From Anthoceros angustus (lineage: Eukaryota > Plantae > Anthocerotophyta): a stretch of DNA of 64,000 bases. Under the pieces are notes generated by a model. That model ran no database searches, was not told the origin of the DNA, and saw only the letters and a program-made list of their open reading frames with translations. The DNA is taken from NCBI GenBank assembly GCA_010909165.1, contig MU008172.1:1178001-1242000 (forward strand), read 5' to 3'. A program made the translations under genes and the position numbers. Below are positions 50,553 through 62,200 of this stretch, in pieces; the stretch's first letter is position 1, and each line of letters begins with the position of its first letter.

Positions 50553-50564
50553 AGTCTTGAGAGT
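50553..50564 (-). promoter_or_regulatory. Self-complementary primer-binding site
   Basis: Minus-strand ACTCTCAAGACT lies 4 nt after repeat B and is the exact reverse complement of AGTCTTGAGAGT inside B (50740-50751; also 43034-43045). Confidence 0.75.
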
Positions 50565-50568
50565 AAAA

Positions 50569-51058
50569 TGCCTCATTCAATCAGCCTATCAGCCGATCAA
50601 ACGCGGTGAGTTTGAGAGTTCGAGCCAAACATAGTGCCGCAACCCAAAACCAAGTGTCGACTCGGACATCCGCGAAATTCCCAAGCAAGCTTCGGCATTC
50701 ACTAACGATGGCGAGCTGCCACTCCCTCGGCTCAAAGAGACTCTCAAGACTATCCTAAGCCAAGCACGCTTGCCTCTTGTATCCCGCGCCTAGTCGCCTG
50801 TCGCTCTCGCCGCCTCCTCCCGCCATGCATCGCCTTCCATCCTTTTCCATGATTGCGCTTTCCGGTCTTGTCACTCTCACCAGCGAATCTCCTTGTTATG
50901 ATCCAAGAAATCAATCAATTCTGCGTCAACCTTCCCCGAAACTAATGGCTAACAATACATGACATTTCTAGATGTCAAGATATTACCGATATACTCTCTC
51001 TATGTACATGGACTTGCCTCAACCAATGATCCCGACACCGCGTGACTCCAGCATGACA
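50569..51058. repeat. Terminal repeat B, 5' copy
   Basis: Direct repeat of 42847-43333. It ends GACA and is followed by TSD TAGA. Confidence 0.92.
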
Positions 51059-51480
51059 TAGAATTTATATCTATAGTTTTATTCTCTAACATCTCACGTA
51101 TGTAATGATACTCGACGGCTATGTGCTTAGTTCTGGAGTGGAAGACAGGGTTACGAGCTAGAGCTATGGCTCCCTGGCTATCATTGTATAATGGAGTTGG
51201 ACTGGTTTGAATATGATTGAGTTCACTCAAAGCCAACCTACTCCATACTATATCCTTAGAGACTAAGGTGAGGACCCTATACTCTGACTCAGTACTTGAT
51301 AAAGCAATGGTAGGCTGCTTCTTACTTGACCATGAGATAGGGGCTCCTCCAAAGAGTTAGAACATAGTTCGATATGGATTTTCGAGTCACGGTAGGCATA
51401 GTCGTGTCAGATATGCTGATAGTGTTAATTTTGATATGCCGGGTGTCTGTTTCATCACAAATTTTATCCCCCCCAGATTC
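51059..51480 (-). pseudogene. Third Copia RT/RNase H, upstream half (host of the Gypsy insertion)
   Basis: KKQPTIALSSTESEY and PTPLYNDSQGAIALARNPVFHSRTKHIAVEYHYIRE. Truncated at ~51480. Confidence 0.9.
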
Positions 51481-52159
51481 TGCACGGTTGCCGTGTGGAT
51501 CATTTCTTGTGTAGATTCAATGAGAAAAATGGTATTTTTTTATGGTTTCACCACTCAAGTTCGTCAAATTGTTGTATGGATTCAATGTTGAAAAAGGTTT
51601 CCAAAGATTCCGTGGCGATACAATATAGATTGCGATGTTACCTTGCAGCAACTCCACACATGTTCAACATTTATTCCATGTTTTGATATATTGTTGATTT
51701 CCATGTCAAAATACCTTATGATGCTCATATTGTTTCTTTTTTTAATAGAAACTATATAAATCTCATGTGGATAGTATGTTGATTAAACGATCATATTCCA
51801 TATTGATTACATGTAACATAAATATCTAATAATAATACTATTTTATGATAAATTATATATATAGTTAATATATATTAATAATTAAACAACCTCATGAATG
51901 TTTTATATGGAAACTCCATAACATATATATTTGAGGTTCCATATTCAAGGATTCTATAGTATAATATATTAATAAGAAATATTTTTAATATAGCAATCTC
52001 GTGTGGATGAGCTATATGGAAACTCCATCGAAATCAAATATATTCAAGATTCGAGACTAGGGATCCGCATCGCTTGTCTATGTTTGACATTAACACATGG
52101 GTTGATGTTGTTTTCCAACTTCATTCCTCGGTTGAAAGCATGGCGTGCAACGAACATTG

Positions 52160-52390
52160 CCCCACCGTCGACAACAAATAGAGTTTGCCAAACTGCAGGC
52201 TTGGGTCGAGCAGGCAACTCATTCCCCACAACTGCAATGTTCAGAGCTTATAGTGGTTCAGAAAAAACGTCTCTCTCTACATTGAAGTGAGGGATTAGAT
52301 GAACAGCTCTAAGTATGTTTGAGGCATCTATCACCAGATAGCTTGGAACCCGAAGACGGTTGTTTCTATGCTGGGCTCCTGGGGTCAGCT
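52160..52390 (-). mobile_element. Second copy of the Plavaka 3' end
   Basis: Nucleotide-collinear with 55915-56125, encoding IDASNILRAVHLIPHF. Confidence 0.7.
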
Positions 52391-52484
52391 GGGCCCCTCT
52401 CGCTGCTTGACCTATGAACAAGGTGTTTAAGGGGTGTCTGCAGAGACAGGAATACAGGGATCTGGGATGAAGTTTCCATCTCTT

Positions 52485-53200
52485 TCACTGGGGTATGGTA
52501 AACCTGGCATGCATCTTCCAGTTCACCACATTTTGCAAATAGTCCACCACGCAGATGCCCACCACTACATTAACTAGCAATCCTCTTCGACAACTGTGGA
52601 GTGCATGCATTTTCCCCACGTGCTTGAACAGCCTTGAAAGCAAAATGGTCAGCCAAAAGCAGTCCGCCTCCTCCATTTGTCCATACATAACAAGCGCCTC
52701 TTGGCGAGCCTTGTGCCTACCCAGTACCGAGGGCATTCCAAGTCAAAACATCTTTTGTGTTCATGCTATCAAAACCGGGCATCTTCTAGTTTACCACATT
52801 TCACATACATGTCCACAAGGCTTGCCCACCACTACGCCATCCCTCTTCGACAACTGAGTGCACGCCGCCCTTCCAGAAGGCATCGTGCTTCCACAAGCCT
52901 TGAAGGCAAGCAAAAGTAACATGGTTAGCCAAAAGCAAGCCCTCTTCTGCATTTGTCCAAGCCCTTGCTGTGTACCCAAGAATCGAGCATTCCATGTCAC
53001 TACATCCTTTGTTCATGTCAAAATCCGTGCATCTTTCGCCACATTTTGCATACGCAATCAATGATCCCATGTCACCACATCCTTTGTGGCTATGTCACAA
53101 AACTCAAGGCGTCCATTTTTGGTTCGCCACATTTTGCATACATGTCCACAAGGCGTTGCCAACAAACAAGTTAGTAGGAATGCCACTGCACTACATCGCG
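52485..53200 (-). pseudogene. PLS-class PPR gene fragment
   Basis: Degenerate repeats: TWNA.(I)LG..QQGLG, NHVTFACLQGL/AFKACG, VVVGKPC/LVDMYAKCG and EALVMYGQM. Confidence 0.8.
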
Positions 53201-54549
53201 GTGCACTTTTCTCGCCAGATTCCGGTCGGCGCAAATGCACAAGCTTGAAGGGCAGCTACAAGACATGAGCATCGCCTTCACTCCCGACCCTACCCATTTC
53301 ATGGTACAGTATTGCCTCCCAGTTTCCGTAATTAGCATGCGAGATTATGGAAAAACACATGAAGACATCTGGTTTGCCCACCCCGGTGAACCCATGGCCT
53401 CCTGCAGCCTACCTCCACATGCATACATGCGCATGATATGGTTCCCCACGTATGCACTCGTCTGCACCCAAGTTTGGCGGTGAGATCATGAATTCGACGC
53501 CCACAACCAAATCCTTCTTAGCATACGCTTTAGTACGGTACAACAGAGACTGAAATGGCACTGTCTTCGCCACGATTCCGTGGCTCCAACGGCATCGAAA
53601 GCTTCCACATAACGTGCTCACGGTATGCAGAATAACACCCATTGCCGATCTGCACGCCTCGGTTTAGGCTCATCCGGGAGGTGGAGGAAGGAGAGGTACC
53701 ATGTCCCATCTGCAGATCCATGCACATGAGGTGCTCATCAACCCAAGTGGTTAAACATGTTGCTTAAGCAAGACACTCTACGCCGGAAGTCGTGGAAACG
53801 AGCTCTTACCTCGTGTTGTCCCACCAGAGGGGTCCACAAAAATTGCTGCCGCAAGTGCTCCCGCCTCCAACGACAGAATGGAAAACCCCTACCCACACTT
53901 TCTAAGTGTTGGGCTCCTTACACCGCACTGGAGGCTTTGCTTGCGAGGAGTTGACTCCTTAAGCTGAGGTTAGCAGGAGCCCCTCATAGAATCCCTGGAC
54001 ACACACCAAGCCTGAGCTCACTTCCACGGTCCACCACTGAAAGACTCTGGAAATTTATTAACAAGACAAGCAACTGAACGACTGGGCTCACTTTCTCCAC
54101 AGCTGCGATTCTGGCCCAATACATAAGTATGTAGCTACAGAGGGATCAGGGGTCAGGAGCTGCCAAGGCTACTGAAAGCTGAAAAGTGGTAGAGCGCGAC
54201 TGCAGAGCTTACCAGAAGGCTCGATGGGGCACACATCCATGCTTTACTCAGGCAAGAGCTAGCGTATTGCTTCATTGCACGACTGCTCTGAAATCACGAA
54301 GGACCTTGGATGAAAGCTCGAAGCTGGCTGTCTTCCGTTGCTTCTTCCACTTCTCCCCATCCGAATTAAAGATCCCATCTCCTAGCAAAGGTTCCAAAGT
54401 CTTCCCCTGCCCACATGAGGTGATGACTCATCAAATGTTTTCATTGACTACAACATAAAGCACAAACGTGTTGAATAGTCCCTTACAGCTGTTGCTGGCA
54501 GGTGGTGTGTACTTGGGGTAGTTGGTCCTGAGAATTCGCTCACAGACGG

Positions 54550-55230
54550 GGGATCAGCTATAAATAGGTAGGTCTGGCCTCCCACGCTGAGAAGGTGAGG
54601 CTAGCTCCGTGACCATGATATGTAGTAACCTACCATACATCCTCTCAAAGTTGTAGTACATCTCAAACATTGAGCCAAAATGGGCCAACACTGGGACCTT
54701 ATGGCTTTGATCCATCCCCGCCACCTTTTGAATCGAGCTTTTCATTGATCCAAGCTGGCTTAAGCATGTTGTTTAACCAGGACACCACAAGACCTCACGG
54801 ACCCCTTAAGTGGAAGTCGGTGAATGGGAGCTCTTCTTCTCGCCTATTGTCCCACCACATAGTACGGTCCAAAGACTTGTTGCCACAAGTGCTCCTGCTC
54901 CTAGCACCTACCGGCATAGACTAGAAAACTGCCCTACCCATACACCGAATGCAGAATGCGCTAGACTTGACATTGACTTTCATAGTACCCCACCGGCCGC
55001 CCTCCAAAGCTCACCGACCGCACCCGGCTAGCAACCGACTTCCATGACAAGCGAGCCTCACAGCCTTGATCGCACCTTGAGAGCTCTAACTTGAAGGCCT
55101 CTGCATCTCCCACAGACGGCATTGGCAAACCAATCTTAAGGTTGAGCCCGCCACAACAATGCAACAACAGCCCACAAAACACACCCCAGATTGAAGCACA
55201 ACATTTGGCAGTAGTAGAGGCAAGTTCAAT
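54550..55230 (-). pseudogene. Possible WD40-repeat gene fragment
   Basis: CRLWEMQ...QGAIKAVRLACHGSRLLAG and MWWD..REEL segments resemble WD repeats. Heavily disrupted. Confidence 0.3.
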
Positions 55231-55989
55231 TCTTCAGGAATGTCACCGTTGATTTGGTACTCGCCGTGAAAGACGAGATGACGGGCTGCAAGGAACTCCT
55301 TACCAAGCGTGAGTGGCCATGTTTTGTGACAATGTTGTCCTTGTCAGTTTGTCCGACTCCGGAAAGCGGAGAAAATGAAGCTAAGCAAGTCACCAAGGAA
55401 ACTCATCGAGGGTATTGCCGCTCAAACCGAATTTACGTGATCCGTGCATCTGTGTTTCGCTCCCGAAGCTTTCTGAGCTCATCAAGATGAAGGTTCACTA
55501 GTTCATATGAAGATACTACTGTTGGATACGCCAGAACCCGATCTTGCAGGCCATCTTTAACCTCCGTGTGGTTGCTGCGGACCAAAGAAAGAAGAATTAT
55601 ATCACTCTCTTCCCGGAAATCATCAACGTTGCCGACTGGGAACTCCCTTGGAGGCTTGACTTTGCTCTTCTTCCTCTCCATAGTCTCATCAAGGTGCAAC
55701 AATCAGTAAGATTGTTGAAAAGCTAGGTGGCCAAAGAAAGTTTGCGGCCACCTAGCTCAACGTGAGTCGAGAGTTCTAATCTCGCACCCACAGATATGAT
55801 CCAAAATGCAGACACATCTCCAAGCATTAGACAATGTATCAATCGTCATTCATTCTTGGACCCCAAATGCCCGAGGTTTGAGGTTAGCGGTCTTGAAAGT
55901 TGCCCCACTATCAACAAGCAGATAGAGTTTGCCAAATTCGGGCTTGGGTCCAACAGCCAACTCATTCCCCACAACCGCAACGCTCGTAA

Positions 55990-58565
55990 CTTATAGTGGT
56001 TCGAAAGAACGCCAATCTCTGCATTGAAGTGAGGGATTAGATGGACTATGAGTATGTTTGAAGCATCTATCACCGGATAGCTTGGAACCAAGACATTGTT
56101 TATGCCGGTGCTCCCGAGCTTCGCTCAGATGCCCACACTAGTTCCTTGCATTGGACCAATCTATTCGATGCATTCTCGTGAACTTCTTGGTAAAGTCGCA
56201 AAGCATAATTTTCGCCCCACAACCTCATCTTCCCCAAGGCACTATTGCACACAAACATCGCCTAAGCTGCCCACCAAGTTATTGGATCCGATCCAGCCTC
56301 CATCCGTAAAAGCCACATCACTAAACCATGGCCCGCCAAAGAAATCTTGTGTTGCACGGACATACATAGGCGGATCCAAACCGATCACCCACTCCGGTAT
56401 CGCCATGGCTTTCTTGACTACAATTTAGTCACTTCATCAAGCCCTTGGTCCCTTAGATGGCATGTTGGAATCGCTCTCACCTGGCCATCTAAGAACTTCA
56501 CCCTTGTTAGTCAATTGAGTAGAATCACTTGGGAGATAGAGTTTAGTCAATTGGAAGTGACACATCGATGTCCCTGCTAAACACATTCTTACCCGCTCGG
56601 ACCTTCATCCAAAGCGGTCATCCGACTCTTCAACTTCAAACCCCTCTCTCGTGAGCTTGTCTTCTTAAAGCTATTAGTCGTTTGGTGATGGACAAGTTGA
56701 GCTACAACATTTCTCGATTGGATGCTCTATAAGGGATCTTCATAAGAGCAATATGCATCTTCTCAAACATGTTGGTATTAAATTCCCATGCTAGTCCCGA
56801 CCTTCTAATTGCATCACTAAAATGTGACATCAAATGCACCTTGAGTATTCCAAACTAGATTTACGCGTTACTCATATGCAACTTCAAAAATCCACCAAAT
56901 CTACCATGAGTCTCCACTTCTTGGGCTTGCCTCGTATGTGATGAACTCCGAGAGCAAGTTGTACCATGACAAAAACTTCACAAACACCTTAACTATCGTG
57001 TTGGGATACACACCAAGCATGAAGACAACAACTTGCATCTTCTATGTTCAAATGCGCTAAATTAGCTGTGATGAGAAATACCCTCCTTTGTCATTACCGG
57101 TAGTCCGAACTCGGCATATCCGGTGGTTTGCAATGAATTGTAATCGTCGATCCATTTCTTTCAATGGCTTTCTACTCAGCAAATGTTGCTCAAGCGTTCC
57201 TCACCATTTCCACAAGGATTCCTACCATGCGCTTGAAAAGACCCCGCTCACTTTGATGTAAAAGATCCGGGTGGATAGAAAGGTATGGATTTCCCAACTC
57301 TCAATCCGCCATTGAATCCCAAAGAGCACACTCCACGCATATAATGACCAACGCCATCGAGGTGATCGATTCCCCGCATTTGGTTGCATTCGTATCTCAA
57401 AACCGCTTCATATGCATCTCGTCCATGACCACGGACTTGCACCATGCTCGTTCTGTTTCTTCACAAGACAAATCTGGGGCCTTTGACACTTGTTAGAACC
57501 ATATGTGCAAGTAACCTTGCAGCCTCAAACTATCACAAATATATAAGTATATCATTGGAAATACCCATTGCTTGTCTCCCAAGGATCATCCATTTCCAAT
57601 CGTAGGAAGCATCTTTTACAGGTTTGAGAATGATCTCCAAGCAACGTTGAAAGGCCTTTAACTTCCTCCTTGCACTTTGCCCGAACTTGTATGTATCTCG
57701 GATGGTATGATTGGTAAGAGGGCTAGAAGAGCATGCCCTTCCGGCTCTGGCCTGAGCTCACATTTGATATTGCCGAGACTCATCATCAAAGGATGACCCT
57801 GAATAGTCCTGTCATTGGATAAACTAGTCTGATCAGAATATAAAATCAGTCCTGCCACAACTCCACCTTCACACTTGCTATCAACTAGACTCTGCATGGA
57901 TTTCCACCACTTCCCGATATCTGGTGTGGTGTAAGTCTCGCTAGCTTCAATTTGAGTCCAGATAAAACCTTCCCTATTTGAAGCCCCAAATAGTTCCCTC
58001 AATACTTCACTCGAATCTCGATATTGCAATGTGAGTGTATTGTCTCGGGTTCATTCACTAAAACCTCATGCCATCCATCCCGTGAGCTGCCAAAGAAGCC
58101 TCATACTTTCTCACATCTCAGAGCACGCACCAAGGTCCTCCTTGAACGAAGGATGAGACAAAGACTTGAACCAAGCGAGCATTTATATCTCGATTAGACA
58201 ACCCCGCACCATTTCTACAATTGCGTAAGAAATGTACCATACTCGGTGGCATCAAATGGTTTCACAAGAGAAGAAGTGGTATCCACTATTCTTTCAAATG
58301 TGAGACTCACTCCTAAACTTTCAGTCTCAGTTGGCTGCCTTTCGTCCACATGCTCCTGATGCCTATCATACTCCGCTTGCACATATTGCATACCTTGCTC
58401 ATTCATAGCAACTATATGTCCCCCATATCTGGTTTCATGTGGTATTGATTCTAACTGGAGTGCTGCATGCCTTGTCTTACACCTAGCACTTTGAAGTTGA
58501 TGAGATCGTAGAGCTCCTAAATTAGAGAAGTTCACAGCCCCACATCTCTCACAATCCAAACCCAT
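55990..58565 (-). pseudogene. Plavaka-type (CMC-related) transposase
   Basis: N-terminal zinc finger (CERC...H...C), GLSNRDIN, LQYRDSSEVLRELF, KWWKSMQ...GLILYSDQTSLS...GHPLMMSLGNI...R.EPEGHALLALLP, PDLLHQS(D)L and YVRATQDFFGGPWFSDVAF, ending in VHLIPHF. Confidence 0.8.
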
Positions 58566-58756
58566 AGCTGACCACTACATATCACAGCCTGCAAATTAAA
58601 GTATATAATGAAGCAGAAACCGAGCCCACACAGGCTTCACGCAGTGCTAGAAGTATATATATGTGAAGATCATAATGAAGTAAACCGAGCCCACAACAGG
58701 CGAGCCCATGCAAAAAAGCTATGAGTGATGAGAAGCCACCCTGGCACTTCCACCCG

Positions 58757-58850
58757 AGGTTTCAACGGTTGAGTTTTGGGCACTCTAGGTTTCAACGGGT
58801 TGAGTTTTGAGCACTTCGCCTGTTTCAATGGGTTGAGTTTCTGCACTTCC
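58757..58850. repeat. Three ~31-bp tandem repeats upstream of the Plavaka ORF
   Basis: gtttcaa(c/t)gg(g)ttgagttt(t/c)(g/t)..cact occurs three times. Confidence 0.7.
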
Positions 58851-59094
58851 AATTTCTGTGTCAACGGATTGCTAAAATTTAGGTGTGATATATTGCAACT
58901 GACAAGATTGCAACCCTCAAGGCCATCTGCAGTTTGGTGGAGGTCGGAATGCACAGCTCGCTTGGGTATGCTCGGGAATGTTTGATCACGGGCTTTGGCA
59001 CTCTTCATTACTTTGCTTGCCTTCTGAAGGCCTATGGAAGCACGTTTAGGAGCTGATGGTTGGAGGATGAGGAGGGAGAGGGGCACTCATAGAT

Positions 59095-59215
59095 TGTCGC
59101 AGAGGATAGTCACATGCTTATGGACATGTATGCAAAATGTGGTGCATTGAAAGATTCCCGCCAACTTTTTGAAAACCTTGAGCATAAAGGATGTGGTGAA
59201 GGCACATTGAAAGGA
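59095..59215 (+). pseudogene. PPR motif fragment
   Basis: LMDMYAKCGALKDSRQLFENLEHK(D)VV. Confidence 0.8.
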
Positions 59216-62200
59216 ACATGCGCTTTTGTGTGCATGCTGAGAAGCTAGCTTTGGCGTTTGATCTGTTGAGCACTCCGAGTGGGACACCTGGTGGTAATGA
59301 AGAGTCTACGCATGTGTAGTGTCTGCCACAATTCCACGGATATCATGCCAGGGCCTTGAACAGAGAGACACAAAAGGGCGAAGAGATCGTATAAGTCTGG
59401 ATGAGAACAGCTGAGCCCAGATGAGATTGTGCCCAGCTCTCCGTCCAGGAATTTCAGGATTCGAGAAGAAGTTCGGACGGAATTGGCAGAGGTGGGCAAC
59501 CACGCGAATCAGCTTGATCTCATCCAGACGTATTGTCGGCAACCTGGAGGCAGCATACAAGTCAATGCATCCAGTTGCTGTCACTTACCGTGGAGTTCAC
59601 CAACATGTTCAGAAGGCAGCAGTGATCGAGAGGCCACATATCCCACTAGAGCCTCTCGCCGCTTGACCTAACTGGGCCCACGTAACAGCTGCTGAACAAG
59701 GTGTTTATGGCGGTTTGCAGAGACAGAATATGTGGATCCGGATGAAGTTTCCATCTTTTCATCGTATGCCTCGCCTCGTGGCTGGCCCACATCGTAACAT
59801 TCTCCCTGGATGTTCTGTGACCTATTAGACTATCGACTTCTATGTTGTGTCCGCATTTGGCAATGGATTCAACCGCTCACTTGCACGCCATCCCAACTTG
59901 AAAACACGCCTGCACTGTGAGTGCACACACATTGCAATTTACTTTGGATATGGACCGGGTTCTCTATTGAGCATGTAGTGTGGAGGATGTTTCCATGTTC
60001 TCTCAAGAATCTTGACACACCATTTATCCTCAGATGATATGCCGACGAGGCCCAAAGATGCCTTGAGAAATGGGCTTCTTTTTCGTGAACCAATCTACTC
60101 CTTGCATTCTTGAGTTGCTAGTGTGTCATGGGGACACTGTTGTGAGATGGGAATAATTACTTATGTTTTGCAGCTTGTCTTCGGGCTGTGGTGGCCCAAT
60201 GGGGTTGGTGTGCAAACACTATATCAAGTTGACATTCTGGTGGAGGTTCGGGACTTTGGAGTGTCTGACTCTTGGAATGGTCGCCATGGCTTCCGACAAA
60301 TACACAGCTAGCTATACAGACCGGGCCCTCAATGGTGGAAGGTGCTGTCACTCCTCAGAACTAAAGGAGCAATGAACCACTTTTCGTTCGAGGAGCGAAC
60401 TGGATTGTATCTGATGGTTTACTTGGCTTTCAAAGAACCGGCTGTGAGAGATGTCAAGTTTCACAGAGACATGAACTGATCATGATCCGTGTATGGGGAG
60501 GGGTGCTTAGCCGAACGTCCCCAGCCTACAATGCTTGTGATGAGTATGGTGTTCGCTGGTTCTCAAAATCGCCTCCCTAGGTTACATGTTCTTTGACTGC
60601 TTCACCTTCGACCCATGTTCGTAAAAAGCGGACGCCCATGTTCAAAAGCACCGGCCATCCTCAGCACCAGCATCGCGAGCCTCAGCAGTCAGGCCTCCCA
60701 TGGTAGGCGACGGAGAGGCTCTGAGCACACCTACATACCGGTGGTTGCAACTGCAGCCGCGCCATATAATCCTCATCTCCCTACACTGGAAGATAGCATC
60801 CAAGGTACAACACCTGAGTTCACACCGGATCCTCGGAAGTGCCTGCAAGATGCATAGCCTGCAACCTTGGATGAGATGGATCAGATTCGCTGGATATTAT
60901 TGTGTGCACTACTTATAGAACTATTAGTCGAGGTCCGTGCAACGAGTGTGTGATCGTGACTTGGTTCTCTGCAGCATCTGAAGAGGACCTGATCAGGCCG
61001 GTTCGCCAAGTGATGGACAAGATGATCCATGGTACGGTTTGGTTCCTCGTCTTGTTTGATCCTGTACATTTTCCGTGTGCGCCCTGACGCGGTGTGAAGT
61101 CCTGTGTCCTCGATGTCTCAGAGTTGCCGCTCGATTCGCATCGTGGCTGCTGGAGGTCTTTCACAAGCCCATTTCCAAGCTGTGCATGCCGGAAAAGTTC
61201 GCCCGCCACATGATGCCTTGTAAACCAGACCACCAACTTCGTAGACCTCTGTGCGACAGCGAGCTGAGCGAGGCCATCGCAGCTCAGCATGATCCTGTTT
61301 GCGCAGCACAAGTGAGTCAAGTGAATTCCAGATTCAATTTGAATACAAGATTGTGGATCTGCCCACTCTGCAGAGACTCGACTCAGTGACTACTGGCTGA
61401 CCATTGGCGCATGATGTGCAGGGCAAGGTTTCCTTGATTCCTTCAGAAGGTCTCAACCAACCAGCTGCACTTCTTCATTTTTGTATGGCGATTCTGCACA
61501 TCTTCTACAGCCTTCTTCTGGTGGTCTTGGCTTCCAAGGTGAGTTGTAAACTTGTAGTCGATTGCAAGTCTCACCATTGTATCATCCTGCGATCACCGCT
61601 TTGCTCAAATCCAGCACCGTGGAGAACGGCTCACCTGTATGGATTATTGTGGGCGGAAAGGTGATGCTAGCTAGCTTTTCGCTTCATCTTCGATCAGTTG
61701 TAACCAAACCATCTATTATCTCTGACGCCACGTGATCTTCCATAACCAAGCTCCTAGCAACCACTCAGAATCTCCAATTGAAACACACTGTGCGTTCCGA
61801 CAGATTTGGAGATGCGGTTTGAATGAGAGATCCAAAGCCCCAGAGTACCAAGATTTTGGTTTTTACCCAGGAGCATACGCCTCTCCGCTTTTGTATGGTT
61901 GGGCATCAAGCCGCAGATGCAAGCCTTGACATAGAGAAAGGAACCACCGAGTTTGAACTCGCCAAGTGCTTCGACGGCAATTCTTCGTTCCTGTATCACG
62001 GAAGACTACCTCACACTTCGCAAGGGATTTGTACATGTAAGGTGGAAGGAACTGCTCTTAGTTCACTTCCTTGCATTGGGTCACCGCCGTCAGCTCGTAA
62101 CTACATATGCTAGATTGTTTCACGACGGTGGTTGGTTTGCAATGTCGTAATCACAACCTAGGGGATGCATTCCACTTCCGGACTACGTGGTGGGATCCAT

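Larger units (their letters stand above)
42641..51058 (-). mobile_element. Ty3/Gypsy retrotransposon with split direct repeats, encoding a C5 DNA methyltransferase and a PHD finger
   Basis: Termini TGTC...GACA with TSD TAGA (42637-42640, 51059-51062; a 5-bp ATAGA reading is also possible). Domain order is gag, PR, MTase, RT, RH, IN, PHD. Repeat B lies at 42847-43333 and 50569-51058; repeat A at 42641-42841 and 43337-43518. Confidence 0.92.

Noticed and set aside
42641-51058. Classifying the split-repeat element as a DIRS/Ngaro tyrosine-recombinase retrotransposon
   Set aside because: It has an aspartic protease remnant, an HHCC+DDE integrase and a TSD. No R-H-R-Y recombinase motifs were found.
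59245-59600. NB-ARC resistance-gene fragment (DLF..L...ISVE.W)
   Set aside because: Only a weak winged-helix-like resemblance, with no P-loop, kinase-2 or GLPL motif.
59800-61400. MULE transposase with a SWIM finger
   Set aside because: The resemblance (YKASCG...) needed several ad hoc frameshifts, and no DDE motif could be assembled.
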